NCBI RefSeq assembly: GCF_006345805.1
Contig: NC_043007.1
Span: 9,300,001 to 9,364,000 of the forward strand
Source of the DNA: Octopus sinensis
Lineage: Eukaryota
DNA: 64,000 bases
Direction of reading: 5' to 3'
The notes beneath the pieces are model-generated. The model made no database searches. It was not told where the DNA came from and worked only from the letters and a program-made list of their open reading frames with translations. The translations under genes and the position numbers were made by a program. Shown here piece after piece: positions 36,855 to 49,355 of the stretch. The first letter of the stretch is position 1; every line of letters begins with the position of its first letter.

Positions 36855-37030
36855 ATTTTCCTTTTCCTTTGTTCCTTTTCCCTTTTTTCTTTTTTTCTTT
36901 TCCTTTGTTCCTTTTCCCTTTTTTCTTTTTTTCTTTTCCTTTGTTCCTTTTCCCTTTTTCTTTTTTTCTTTTCCTTTGTTCCTTTTCCCTCTTTTCTTTT
37001 TTTCTTTTCCTTTTTTTGTTCTTTTTTCCC
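36855..37030. repeat. Pyrimidine-rich minisatellite (~37 bp x 4)
   Basis: TTTTCCTTTGTTCCTTTTCCC unit repeated four times. Confidence 0.85.
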
Positions 37031-37439
37031 TTTTACGATCCCTTTTAATCGAAAACCTACGCCACCCCCTTATTTTTTATTCTTTTGTTTTTTGTTTTTT
37101 GTTGTTTTTTTTTCATCCCCCAAAAGAAAAGCTCTACCTTGTAACTTGTCCCAGCTGTGTGCAGCCCTGTGTGGCCAATAAAGAAACTTATCTATCTCTG
37201 AATGGATTGTTGACAGATCAGCTCCTCGTACGTTGGCTTTTTTTTTTATATACAAAGGACTGCTTATTGTTAAATAGTTATTTGTCAAAGAGTTGTTCGA
37301 CATTTTCTTTGACCTAAGTAAATGTTTAATACGACATTCACACACTGTGGGGGAATTTTCAAAGTTTAAAAAATTTCTTCGTCATTTTTTATCATTTTCT
37401 AAACGATAGTCGTGGATCAAAGAGAGACCGAGACTAGGA

Positions 37440-37960
37440 GGATGACACCGAGAGTGCCGCCTTGCTTGCTCTCAAACAACTCTGCTGTTCTAGGCCAAAC
37501 TTGAGCGACTTCAATTCCACGTAGGCGTTCTATAGAGGATTAGTGGAGGGAAGGTACGTCGATGTTCTTTGGGAGAATCTGGACGTCGAGAAGGAATACT
37601 TGACCCGCCTATTCAGGACAACTTTCGGGCCGAGACCTGTGGACAATCACCAGAGATTCCTGGCCTAGCAGTGCAATGGGAAGCATTGTTCGTTCGAGAT
37701 AAGCTCTACAGGCACGGTTCGAGATACACCGGACCGACATGCCCGGATGCGGTCAGAGCGACGAAACCGTTCTGCACATACTCGTGCAGTGTCCAACCAT
37801 TTTGGACCTGTGGGCTTAAGTTGAACGGCTGCTGTCATATGTGGGACAAATTCGGTTGTCGGCCGAGTCTATCGTGAAATTTGCCCGGCCACCTTATTTT
37901 AACCGGCAGTGAGCTGTAGAAATCGTTAGGACACCGGGTGCAATGTATCGCGGCATTTTT
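37440..37960 (+). mobile_element. Tx1/L1-type LINE ORF2 C-terminal (zf-RVT) remnant
   Basis: AFYRGLVEG...TFGPRPVDNHQRFLA..WEALFVRDKLYRHG..GPTC/GCGQSDETVLHILVQC contains the Cys-His knuckle. Frameshifted. Confidence 0.8.
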
Positions 37961-38162
37961 TCTGGCCTCGCTTTCAAAGTTCAATTTCCACCGGGCTCGA
38001 ATTTTCCTTTCAGGCTTTCAAGGTCAATGGAATTTGTATAAGTGGAGTACTGTCATCGTTCTAATCAACATAGTCACTCCTCGAAATTGCTGGTCTTTTG
38101 TTAAAATAAGAAAGGGTTATTATCATTACTAAGACAGTAAGCTGGTAAAATCTTTATCAAGC

Positions 38163-38517
38163 CTAAGGCAGTGAACTGGCATAAACGTTGCAGGCCGGGC
38201 GAAATGCTTAGCGGTATTTCGTCAGCCGTTACGTTCTGAGTTCAAATTCCGCTGAGGTTGACTTTGCCTTTCATCCTTTCGGGGCCGATAAATTAAGTAC
38301 TAGTTGCGCACTGGGGTTGATGTAACCGACTTAATCCATTTGTCTGTCCTTGTTTGTCCCCTCTAAGTTTATCCCCTTGTGGGCAATATAGAAGTAAGAA
38401 ACGTTAGCACGCCGGGCGAAATGCTTAGATTGTCTTTACGTTCTGAGTTCAAAATTCCACGGAGGTCAGCTTTGCCTTTCATCCTTTCGGGGTTGATAAA
38501 TTAAGTACCAATTGAGC
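38163..38517 (+). mobile_element. SINE family A dimer
   Basis: Full monomer followed by AAGAAACGTTAGCACGCCGGGCGAAAT and the core. Confidence 0.85.
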
Positions 38518-38519
38518 AA

Positions 38520-38860
38520 ATTTATACTACTTCACCAGCTACACCTCTGTGTTGCTGCGCTGTGTGCAGTATTGTGTGTTCGTTTCTGTTATCGGGAATG
38601 CGCACAATCTTCCTGGTATTGTAATGTGCTATTTTTTCTCTTGAGATATGGTGCAGTATTTTGTTGTGTTACCGCTTGTATTATGTGTTGAATATATAAT
38701 GCGTTGGTTATCCAGCTTGCTGTTAGAAGCTTATTTCCCTGGATAATTGTTGTATGTATTGTGTTTGTGGGTTGTTTCCTTTAGCTAGTATTATTGAATT
38801 GATAGTGTCTTGTGTGGAATGTGGGCTACTCCTAGTAGAGCTATCATCATCATCATCATC
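38520..38860 (-). mobile_element. Possible decayed Penelope-like GIY-YIG remnant
   Basis: Minus-strand TSGNTTKYCTISQEKK resembles the C-terminal CxLCxxEK motif. Many stops. Confidence 0.3.
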
Positions 38861-39651
38861 ATGATTATCATTATTATTTTTTCATCCACATATACGATAA
38901 AAATAAATGCATAGAAGAGAGATAGGTAAACTGCTAACTTGTATCTCTGAAATCATTTATATTTTAAACCGAATGTCTCGAGTATTCCCGTGATACTGGG
39001 CATTAAACATGAAAAATATGTTGCCAAATTCATGAGAATAGACTCTGAGCGTATTTCGGGAGTTACTTGTGATGCCTGAGTTGCCAATTAAACAGGGAAT
39101 TTGCCTGTTGTAAAGAAAACAGCTAGGGAAAATTGGAAAAGGTGTGAATCTGTACAAAACATAGCATTCCTGAATATTGATGCCTTAGCTTTGCTCGTTA
39201 CCAAGCGCATTTCTTGGCGTTAGAGCTCTCAAAAAGTGGTAAACTACACAGGTTTTCTTTCACATTTTTTTATGAATGAAATTAACTGCCACTAACAATT
39301 CGATTCATCACTTTACAAAGATAAATATTTTCTTAAACGTTTACAGAAAATAAATTAGCTTTCTCGTTTAGTTTACTCTTTTACTCTTTTACTTGTTTCA
39401 GCCATCCGGCTGAGGCCATGCTGTTTGTTAACTATCTATTTCCTTTTCCCTCACACTCTCTCCACACACACACACACACACACACAGACTCTCTGTATAT
39501 GTGTGTGTTTGCACATATATATATAATTATATATATATATTCATATTCATTTACACACATTCATACACAAACAAACACACACACACACACACACACACAC
39601 AGATGTATGAATTGAGTACACAAGAGAGATGTAGTTCTAAATACGGGTTAT

Positions 39652-39892
39652 GTGCTACACAGAACTGACCGCAATCAAGGAGGAGTCGCGCTCTTCACTA
39701 GTGAGGAACTGCCAACAAATGTCTTTCTTCCTACTTCAACACGATGTGATGCATTAATAGTGAATGAGATCGACTTCAATTTCCTCATAGGCATTACCTA
39801 CCATCAAGACCTAGTCTTTACCACAGATACATACCTACTTCGTAATCTTCAGGCCATTCCAACTGCTATTTCTGACCACAACATTATACAAT
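39652..39892 (+). mobile_element. Internally deleted APE endonuclease fragment of a CR1/L2/Jockey-type LINE
   Basis: HRTDRNQGGVALF ... AISDHNII, the DR..GGVA and SDH motifs of LINE endonucleases. Confidence 0.75.
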
Positions 39893-39894
39893 TT

Positions 39895-40105
39895 ATTCTT
39901 TTATTCTTTTATTTGTTTCAGTCATTTGACTGCGGCCATCCTGGAGCACCGCCTTAAGTCGAGAAAATCGACCCCAGGATTTATTCTTTGTAAGTCTAGT
40001 ACTTATTCTATCGGTCTTTCTTGCCGAACCGCTAAGTTACAGAGACGTAAACACACCAGCATCGGTTGTTAAGCAATGTTGGGGGGATAAACACAGATAC
40101 AGAAG

Positions 40106-40177
<72 letters not shown>

Positions 40178-40340
40178 GACGTGCTTCTTTCAGTTTCAGT
40201 CTACCAAATCCACTCACAAGGCTTTGGTCAGCACGAGGCTGTAGTAGAAAACACTTGCCCAAGGTGCCAAGCAGTGGGACTGAACACGGAACCGTGTGGT
40301 TGGTAAGCAAGCTACTTAGCACACAGCCACTCCTGCGCCT
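39895..40340 (-). mobile_element. SINE family B, full length
   Basis: Complete head, core, microsatellite and tail. Confidence 0.92.
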
Positions 40341-41077
40341 AATGTCTACGTATCGTTCGCAGAGGGCACCACGCGCATATAACCTCAAACATAACTTAGC
40401 TCCCATGAACTTGAATTTGAGAGAGGAGAAGTGAAATGAAATCGGTAGTGAGATACTCAAAATAGGTTTCAGCACATTGGCTGAATGTTGGCGAGGGAAT
40501 GAAGCTTCTGTATGAAGAGTTAACTAATATCTCTCAAAAGCATGCTCCATATAAACACGCCTATTCGCGTAAGAATTTGATTCGGTGAAACAGACGTAGT
40601 ATACTAATGCGTAACAAAACCACATTAACAAATCAGATTTTCCCAAAAGATGAGATGGCGAAAAAGAAAAGAAAACTAAAGAACATCGAACTAGACATAA
40701 TAATATCTTATCAAAAAGAAACTTCTAAAGGAAACACTGTGCGGTGGATCATATATGGTATCGAATCCTAAGCTTTTCTTTCTACTTTGATAAACAAAAC
40801 TCACCTACATATAAACATATTGGTCCTCTAATGGATCAAATTGGATCATATAATAATGGTTCAAAATTACAATAATTCAATTAAATTTTTTTGTATTCTG
40901 CAAGTTTGTTACGCAAAGCACACGACACCCAATCTGCCAGCTCTCCTATATCTGTATGTTTCCAACAGCAGCATCACTTCCATCAACATCATTATCATCA
41001 TCATCATCGTCATTATCATCATCGTCATTATCATCGTTGTTATCATCATCATCATTATTATCACAATCATCATCATT

Positions 41078-41490
41078 TATTTATTGCCCACAAAGTGCTA
41101 AACATAGAGGGAGCAAACAAGGACAGACAAACGGATTAAGTCGATTATATCGACCCCAGTGCGAAACTGGTACTTATTTAATAAACCCCAAAAGGATGAA
41201 AGGCAAAGTCGACCTCGGCGGAATTTAAACTCGGAACTTGGCGGCAGACGAAATACCTATTTCTTTACTACCCCCAAGGAGCTAAACACAGATGGGACAA
41301 ACAAGAACAGACAAACGGATTAAGTCGATTATATCGACCGCAGTGCGTAACGGGTACTTATTTAATCGACCCCGAAAGGATGAAAGACAAAGTCGACCTC
41401 GGCGGATTTTGAACTCAGAACGTAGCGGCAGACGAAATACCGCTAGGCATTTCGCCCGGCGTGCTAACGATTCTGCCAGCTCTCCGCCTT
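41078..41490 (-). mobile_element. SINE family A dimer
   Basis: Junction AAAGAAATA|GGTATTTCGTC at 41247-41266. Confidence 0.9.
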
Positions 41491-41589
41491 ACTAAGATAA
41501 TGTTACATACAGCAACAGATGAATTTATAACGAAAACAGTAAGATGCAATCTATTGTGAAAATGTGTGTTTATGTGTATGTGCGTGTGA

Positions 41590-41872
41590 GAGAGTGACAA
41601 AAAGAGAAAGAAAGAGAAAGAAAGGAAGAAAGAAAGAAAGAAAAGGAGATAATGACATATAATGATAGATAATGAGAGGCAGACAGATAGAACGAATCAG
41701 AGAGAGAGAGAGAGAGAGAGAAATAGTGAGAGAGAAAGAAAGAGTGAAAAGACGAAGAAACAGAGTAGAGACAGACAGAAAAAACACAGGCCAAAGGAGA
41801 AAGAGAGAAAGTGAGAGAGAGTGAGAGAAAGAGAAACGGAGAGGGAGAAGCAGATCGAAGCAGACACAGAGA

Positions 41873-41919
<47 letters not shown>

Positions 41920-42160
41920 AGACAGACAGACAGACAGGAAGATAGATAAAATGAAGTGGATAGAGAAAAACGGTGGGGGGAGGGATAGAGAGAAATGTAC
42001 ACAGAGGGAGAAAGAGACATACAGAATGAAACGTGCATACAGAGAGAAGGAGATAGAGTGAGAAAGCGAGAGACAGACTGAACCAAAGTGAGAGAGAGAA
42101 AGAGAGAGACAGAAAGAGAGAGAAACAGAGAGAGAGAGACAGAGATGGAGAGAGAAACTT
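41590..42160. repeat. (GA)n/(GT)n/(GACA)n compound tract
   Basis: Direct reading. Confidence 0.9.
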
Positions 42161-43215
42161 GGTGAGTGAAAGCAAGTACGTGTGTTTGCGAGTGACACGT
42201 AGATGGAGAAGGAGAAGGAAAAGAAAGCGATTGTGAGAAGAAGGTAAAAATGAAATTTTCTTCGCTTCAGGTACACAAAAATTAAACGAATAAATAAATA
42301 AATAAATAAATAAACTCAAAGTCGAAAAATAAAACGCAAACAAAAACCCAAGACATTTCAAATTTGTTCAAAATAAAAATAAAAGATTTTTGTTATTCAC
42401 CCCTCCGCCCCCCCCCACTCCCATTATTGATGGTTTTCGACATCGGAAAAATTATATTAAAAGAAAAACAAAACAATAATATAAAAGGAGATAATTATTT
42501 GTTAATTTAGAATTTTTATACATTTGCTGAGTGTTTTTTTTTTAAATTCTATCTGTATATTTTTTGTGATAATAATGTTTATAATTGCATTTTTAAATGT
42601 AGTTCATATAATTATTTTTAAGTTAACGTGTTTTTTTTGAATATTTTTTTATTTCATTAATTCTTTGATTTATAAACACATATTTTTTTTTTCCATTGGG
42701 TTTTTCTCATTTTTATTATTAAAACCATTACTACCTTTGTGAAGCAGTAAAGTTAGCGACTTTGATTAATGTTCAAGTCGATATGGTTTCTAAATTATAA
42801 AAATGATTTTTATATGAATTTGTTTTCGTTGAGCTTTTGTTTGAGAAAACTACGCTATTCTGTCTCTTGAAGAACTCATTGTATTAAATCATTTATAATA
42901 CATTGAGAATATTTCATTTTCTATTCTATTCTTTTGCATGAACAAAATAACAATGCATTAGAGGACGCCAATAACAAATGATGTCTAAATATTTAAAAAA
43001 AAATATCAAAAACGTAATTCGATATGGAATGTCTCATCTAGTTAAAGTATTCAAGCAATAGGCACATCATAGAGCGTATAGTTTTACTTTTGTTGTACGA
43101 AATGAGTCGAAATGTGCTGTTTTAAAAAAACACCTTTGAAAAGGGAAAAAAATATCATGGAACGAAATATTGTGATAATAAGCCTCGAATCATGTTCTGT
43201 TTTTTCCCCCCGCAG

Positions 43216-43295
43216 GGTTCTTTGAAATTTGTCATTGTCACGAAATATTATTGAATCAATTTGAAACATTGCGCAAAGCTGTGACGTCTTTATAA
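43216..43295 (+). CDS. Candidate exon, unverified
   Basis: Very strong acceptor CTGTTTTTTCCCCCCGCAG|. The longest frame reads FFEICHCHEILLNQFETLRKAVTSL-stop. Confidence 0.15.
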
Positions 43296-43664
43296 TTAAT
43301 TCTAGCTTCAGTTATATACATGCCATTTATTTATATTTAAATGCCGAAAATTAAATCAAGGATTAAACGACGAATACAATTATACTTTAGAAATATTTAG
43401 AAATTAAATACAGGCGCGTGTATGGTTGTATGGCAAGGAAGCTCGTGTATAGTTGTATGGCAAGGAAGCTAGCTTTGCAACCAAGTGATTTCAAGTTCAG
43501 TACTAATGCACAGCCCCCTAGTCAAATGTATGTTTTTGTACATCCGGACCGAACAATCTCTTGCGAGTGAAATTCGTAGCCCGCTATATACATGTATATT
43601 TACATATGAATTTTTTTTTGTCGTTGTATATGTGTTTACCCATCCACCCACCCACCACACCAAT

Positions 43665-43900
43665 ACCTATTTCTTTATTGCTCACAAGGGGTTAAACACA
43701 GAGAGGACAGACAATGACAGGCAAACAGATTAAGTCGATTATATCGACCACAGTGCGTAACTGGTACTTATTTAATCGACCCCGAATGGATGAAAGGCAA
43801 AGTCGACCTCGGCGGAATTTGAACTCACAACGTAACGGCGGACGAAATACGGCTACGCATTTCGCCCGGCGTGCTAACGTTTCTGCCAGCTCGCCGCCTT
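43665..43900 (-). mobile_element. SINE family A, full monomer
   Basis: Head, core and tail present. The tail is followed by GGTATT, the start of the type-1 junction. Confidence 0.9.
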
Positions 43901-44165
43901 CCACCAACACCAATAGCATAACATTTGACAACTAGTGTTGGTTTTTGTTGACGTTCCTGTAGCTAAGTGATTCGGCAAAGAGCCCCGATACATTACGAAC
44001 AACATTAAAAATACTAAGTACTGGATTCGATGTAAGTACTGGGCCGACTGAAACCTTCAGGGTAATATCCCAGCGTGGTCGCACTCTAATGAGTGAGACT
44101 AGTAAGATTTCAACAAGAACAGGAAAAGATAGCCTTATGGAAGAGACTAATATATATATGTTCCT

Positions 44166-44582
44166 GGATCTTTTCGGTTTGAACTGCAGTTTTATTCTAG
44201 CGGTGTCATATGCAATTGTCACCCATAATTATGACCCTAGAATCGATCTATTGCATTTCAATCACTTTTAGGGTTAGGGTTAGGGGTGGGGGAAGGGTAT
44301 CTTTTTTTATTCACAAATGTAAATAAACCCAATCTGTTTCTTAAACGAGGGACATATTCATACGGCACAGAATGCTTTTTAACCCAATAGACGTCACTGA
44401 TTGGTTGAAATTGCAGAAATTGAATAAAAAAAACAGCAAATATCTTACAAATTATAGAATTTTCTCAATAAAGCCAAGATAAAAAGATGTTTTATAAACA
44501 CATTCTACCAGTATACGAAGTTTAAAATTTTTTAGTTACCTAGAAATTACGTTAAAAACTGCCGTTCAAATCGAAAGGATCC
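44166..44582. mobile_element. MITE with 28-bp TIRs and 8-bp TSD (Merlin-like GG ends)
   Basis: TIRs GGATCTTTTCGGTTTGAACTGCAGTTTT (44166-44193) and 44555-44582. TSD ATGTTCCT at 44158-44165 and 44583-44590. Internal TTAGGGTTAGGGTTAGGG. Confidence 0.85.
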
Positions 44583-44631
44583 ATGTTCCTAGTTATGATA
44601 TACCGTTGAAAGCGAGCACTAGAAAAGTAAA

Positions 44632-44917
44632 TGTTTGTTCCTTCTCAAGCAATGCCTGACTCATAGGGGCCGGTTTCGCGGTTTCCTTGGCGTATAAGTT
44701 CCCTACCTGGACGGGACGCCTGTCCGTCGCAGGTGAGCTGCAAGGGGAAAGAGTGAGAAAATGTTGTGGCGAAAGAATCAGCAGAAGTTCGCCATTACCT
44801 TCTGCCGGAGCCGCGTGGAAGCTAAGTGTTTTCCACACATCGCCCGGTCTGAGATTCGGACCTGCGATCCCTCGACCGCAAGTCCGCTGCTCTAACCACA
44901 AGGCCATGTGCCTCCAC
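44632..44917 (-). mobile_element. SINE family C (tail type 2) with 10-bp TSD
   Basis: TSD AG(A/C)AAAGTAA at 44621-44630 and 44918-44927. Head GTGGAGGCACATGGCCTTGTGGTTAGAGCAGCGG. Confidence 0.88.
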
Positions 44918-45489
44918 AGCAAAGTAAGTACACAGGAAATATAGAAGACAGTTAGAGAAGAGGGGTTGTAGCAATTTACATCGTGTCCCATTAAACAAAG
45001 ATTTCACTGTTATTTATTTTATCTTTGATTTACTTCAGACCATTGAAAAACGAGCATGCTGGAGCAAAATCTGAAGGTGGATTACACGAAAAATCGACCC
45101 CTCTACTTATATTTTATTCACTACTAATATCTTCATCGTAAAGAATCGGGCTATTTTGCCGTACCGCCATATAAAGGGGACGGAATAAAGCGTTGTACTC
45201 TAGAGCTGAACACTTGATCTTCACGTTGCTTCAGACCACAGTTCTAAATAGATTCCAGCGATAGCGGAGAACTTAATCCTGCGACGAACCGGCCTTTCCT
45301 TTTAGACCTGGAGCGAGGAATATTCCAATACGTCATGGAATCCGAGTTAACTTCCATCCTTATGGTCATATGACATGTCGAAAGGAATAAGTTAGTCCAG
45401 AAATTTCAGAAGCTCAGATTTGTGAAACACATAGGAGACATTTATGTTAATATTTTAATTTTAATGTCGGCCTAAATTCTGGTTTCTTC

Positions 45490-45714
45490 TTTTATTCTTT
45501 TAGTCGTTTCAGTCATTTGACTACGGCCATGTGGCAGCACCGCCTTTAGTCGATGATATCGACCCCAGGTCTTATTCTTTGTAAGCCGTATTACTTATTC
45601 TGTCAGTCTGTGTTGGCGAACCGCTAAGTCGCAGTGACGTAAAGCACCAACATCGGTCGTCAAATGATGGGAGGGGCACAGACACAGACACAGACACAAA
45701 CACACGCGCGCGCG

Positions 45715-45751
<37 letters not shown>

Positions 45752-45910
45752 GACGGGCTTCTTTTCCGTTATCGTGTACGAAATCCACTCTCAAGGCTTT
45801 AGTCGGTCCAAGGTTATAGTAGAAGACACAGGCCCATGTTGTGCACACAGTGGGAGTGACCTTGGAACCATACGGTTGGGAAGCAAGGTTCTTGACACAC
45901 AGCCACGCCA
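45490..45910 (-). mobile_element. SINE family B, diverged full length
   Basis: Tail, microsatellite and head segments recognisable. Confidence 0.85.
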
Positions 45911-45929
45911 TTTTTTGTCACACGCCATT

Positions 45930-46290
45930 TGACCGTGTTGTAAGAAGCTTTCCCAGAGCTATGTGGTGTTGTGGTCAGTCCCACTGCGCAGCTCCTTATG
46001 CAAGTGTCTTCTGCTATAGTTTTGGGTTGAACAAACACTTGTGATTGAATTTCTCAGATGCAAACTGAAGGATGCTTGTCTTGTGTGTGTGTGTATCGTT
46101 CCGTTTCTGCTTGTCGTTCATCACCGCTTGTCAGCGGATGTTAGTTTCGGCACGTTGCAGTCCAGCAAAAGAAACCGATCAAATAAGTGACAGGATTAAA
46201 TTAAGAACCATCTCGATTTGTTTAGACGAAATCCGTCAAGGCGGCGGTTCGGCATAGCCGAAGTCCGAAGATTGAAACAAATACTAGATA
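45930..46290 (+). mobile_element. SINE family B, strongly diverged, head-to-head with 45490-45910
   Basis: CAGTCCCACTGCGCAGCTCCTTATGCAAGTGTCTTCTGCTATAG ... AAAGAAACCGAT. Confidence 0.7.
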
Positions 46291-47196
46291 ATAGATTAAA
46301 TATAGATGGCATGTCAAAAGGGTGTAGTGAAAAATGTAGATATACTGTCGTACACAAAATGCTAATGTACAGACAACGCTTGTGTAGCGCAATCCTGATA
46401 GTTGTACTCGACATAATTAATGTTGCCCTCAAACCTTTTGTTACAGTATAACCACCTCATGTTAATCCCCACTAATACTTAGCTTGATTATTTTTTACTA
46501 GGAGGTAAATACTTGGGACGTTACGAAATGCTTTATAGACTAACGGAAGTGTTAAAGTAGGCAAAACCCACGTGACAGTCTCTACACAATGTATGTAACA
46601 GTGATATTGTGTTCTTAGCCCTTGTTTAAAACGCTTACCTCATTTGATTGCTAATTATAGTAGTCCGAGTGAATTTGTTGCTATTTTAGTTGTCATCTCT
46701 CTCATGTTGCTACTGCAGCTGCTGCCGCTGCTGATGATGATGACCAGGTTGTTAGTGATAATATTGTTATTGATGTCTGTATATTTACCCTCAGACCAAA
46801 TCTAAACAGTCAAAGACATGATAGAATTCGTTTCTGCCGTGACAGTCTGGTTTACTTTTTCCATACTACCTTATATGATATTTTGGAGTAATCCCCTCCA
46901 GGTATCAGATACTCACTTCTTCAATTTCAAGGATAAATTTTGCAGATATATGAAACATTTTATTTTCCTCTATTTCAGTCACTAGACTGCGTCCTTGCTG
47001 GCACATAACCTTGTGAGACTATTGCTTAGGAGATGGTATCAAAATCACCTCGAACTGGTACTGTAGCAGGCCAAGAATCGAGATGACACGGGTGCGTCAC
47101 CCCGGAGATGGGGGAAAAATTTATCAATTTGTGCATGATCAATGTCAGAGGGCAATCAATGACATTGCTAAAGTTGTTGGTCTATTGAATGACTCC

Positions 47197-47550
47197 GTGC
47201 AAGCAATCCTAACGTTTGAATTGAACATGTGATGTTGGTCCATGTAAGCAATCCTAACGTCTGAATTGTACATGTGTCGTTGGTCCATGCAAGCAATACT
47301 AACGTTTGAATTGAACATGTGGCGTTGGTCCATGCAAGCAATCCTAACGTCTGAATTGAACATGTGGCCTTGGTCCATGCAAGCAATCCTAACGTTTGAA
47401 TCAAACATGTGGCGTTGGTCTATGCAAGCAATCCTAACGTCTGACTTGAACATGTGGCGTAAATCCATGCTAGCAATCCTAACGTTTGAATTGAACATGT
47501 GGCATTGGCCCATGCAAGCAATACTAACGTCTGAATTGAACATGTGGCGT
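47197..47550 (+). repeat. 8 x 45-bp tandem repeat with alternating variants (4 x 90-bp higher-order)
   Basis: Units start at 47197, 47242, 47287, 47332, 47377, 47422, 47467 and 47512. Odd units carry ACGTTTGA and even units carry ACGTCTGA. Confidence 0.95.
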
Positions 47551-47829
47551 GTAGCTGCCAAACTTGTCCCCTGCCTGCTGACCACTGAGCAGAAAAAAAC
47601 ATCATGTTGGAGTGTGTCAAGATATTTGTCAGTGTGCCATTGATAACCCATCCTTCATGTCGAGGATCATCCCTGATGACGACAGTTGGTTTTATCCGTA
47701 CCACTCTGAAATGGAGCAGCAGTCCTCACAATGGAAGTGCAATTCATATACTCGACGGTAGAAGGCACGAGAGAGTCACAGCTCAATCAAGAGCATGCTC
47801 ATTTGGTGGTGGTGGTGGGGGGATATCCA

Positions 47830-48045
47830 CAGTATTACTCTTTTACTTGTTTGAGTGATTTGATTGTGGCCATGCTGGAGCATCGCCTTTTATTCGAGCA
47901 AATGAACCCAAGGACTTTTTCTTTGTAAGCCTAGTACTTATTTTATCGGTCTCTTACGGGGACGTAAACACATCAGCAAGTGATGTTGGGGGGACAAACA
48001 CAGACACATAAACACATATACACACACATACAGACACACACACAT

Positions 48046-48076
<31 letters not shown>

Positions 48077-48230
48077 CATATATACGACGGGCTTCTTTCA
48101 GTTTCCGTCTACAAAATCCACGCACAAGGCTTTGATCGGCCCGAGGCTATAGTAGGAGACGCCCAAGGTGCCACGGACCATGTGGTTTGTAAGCAAGCTA
48201 CTTACCACACAGCCACTTCTACGCCTATGT
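47830..48230 (-). mobile_element. SINE family B inserted in the mariner
   Basis: Family B tail, microsatellite and head with internal deletions. Confidence 0.88.
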
Positions 48231-48964
48231 GCATCAAGAATGTGTACCCCAGAGCCAGACAGTCAATCGAGATTACTACTACGACGTTTGGAAACGTTTG
48301 AGGGAGGACATTCGGCGCAAGTGACCGGTTCTGTGGTGTCGAAGTACTGGATTCTTCATGACAACAATGCAGTCTGTCACCAAGCTCTTCTCACTGATGA
48401 GCATTTCTCGCCTAAAGAAACATGGTATCGCTACTACACCCTCCCCATTCGCCAGATGTAGCACCTGTGGACTTCCATATCGTGCCCAAGATGAAAATGC
48501 AACTCAAATGTCATCGTTTTAACACCGTTGTCGAGATCAAGAGCCAAAGGCATAAGGTCCTCGACTCACAGAAAACGACCTCCGGGCTGGATTCCAAAAG
48601 TGGCAGGAACACTTTGCAACGTGAATATTTCATAGGAGAGGATGTTAAAACATAATTAGGCCTTGAACGCTTTCAAACACCTCGTGTTCTATTGGTCGCT
48701 TTTGAAGTACCGCTAAATTACAGGTAGATAAACATTGACCAGTTGTCAAAAACACGCAGACACACACACACCCACACGCAGACATACACAAATACACAAA
48801 AAATACACATAAATAGATACAAACGCACACACGCACATGATATCCGAACAACAGCCCGACTGACACCGAGAAACGGTTGCAAGTTAACGGAAGTCACTAC
48901 GGGACATTTTGATTATCTAGTACTATCTCTTTGTTTATTACATACATATACATACACACACACA

Positions 48965-49355
48965 TACGCAGGAGTGGCTGTGTGGTAAGTAACCAACCAC
49001 ATGGTTCCGGGTTCAGTCCCACTGCGTGGCACCTTGGGCGAGTGTCTTCTACTATAGCCTCGGGCCGACCAAAGCCTTGTGAGTGGATTTGGTAGACGAA
49101 AACTGAAAGAAGCCCGTCGTATATATGTATATATATATGCGTGTGTGTGTTTGTGTGTCTGTGTTTGTCCCCCTAGCATTGCTTGACAACCGATGCTGGT
49201 GTGTTTCTCTCCCCGTTACTTAGCGGTTCGGCAAAAGAGACCGATAGAATAAGTACTGGGCTTACAAAGAATAAGTCTCGGGGTCGAGTTGCTCGCTTAA
49301 AGGCGGTGCTCCAGCATGGCCGCAGTCAAATGACTGAAACAAGTAAAAGAGTAAA
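48965..49355 (+). mobile_element. SINE family B, full length
   Basis: GCAGGAGTGGCTGTGTGGTAAG ... GGTTCAGTCCC ... CAAATGACTGAAACAAGTAAAAGAG. Confidence 0.93.

Larger units (their letters stand above)
47030..48655 (+). mobile_element. Degenerate mariner transposase with internal 45-bp expansion and SINE insertion
   Basis: AINDIAKVVGL..SVQAILT.ELNM.RVAAKLVP, DPSFMSRII..DSWFY, QTVNRDYY, WILHDNNA, HPPHSPDVAPVDFH. Confidence 0.92.

Noticed and set aside
44268-44285. Interstitial telomere or chromosome-fusion scar
   Set aside because: Only three TTAGGG units, and they lie inside a TSD-bounded MITE.
47197-47550. CRISPR-like array
   Set aside because: Units are contiguous with no unique spacers and derive from mariner coding sequence in a eukaryotic context.
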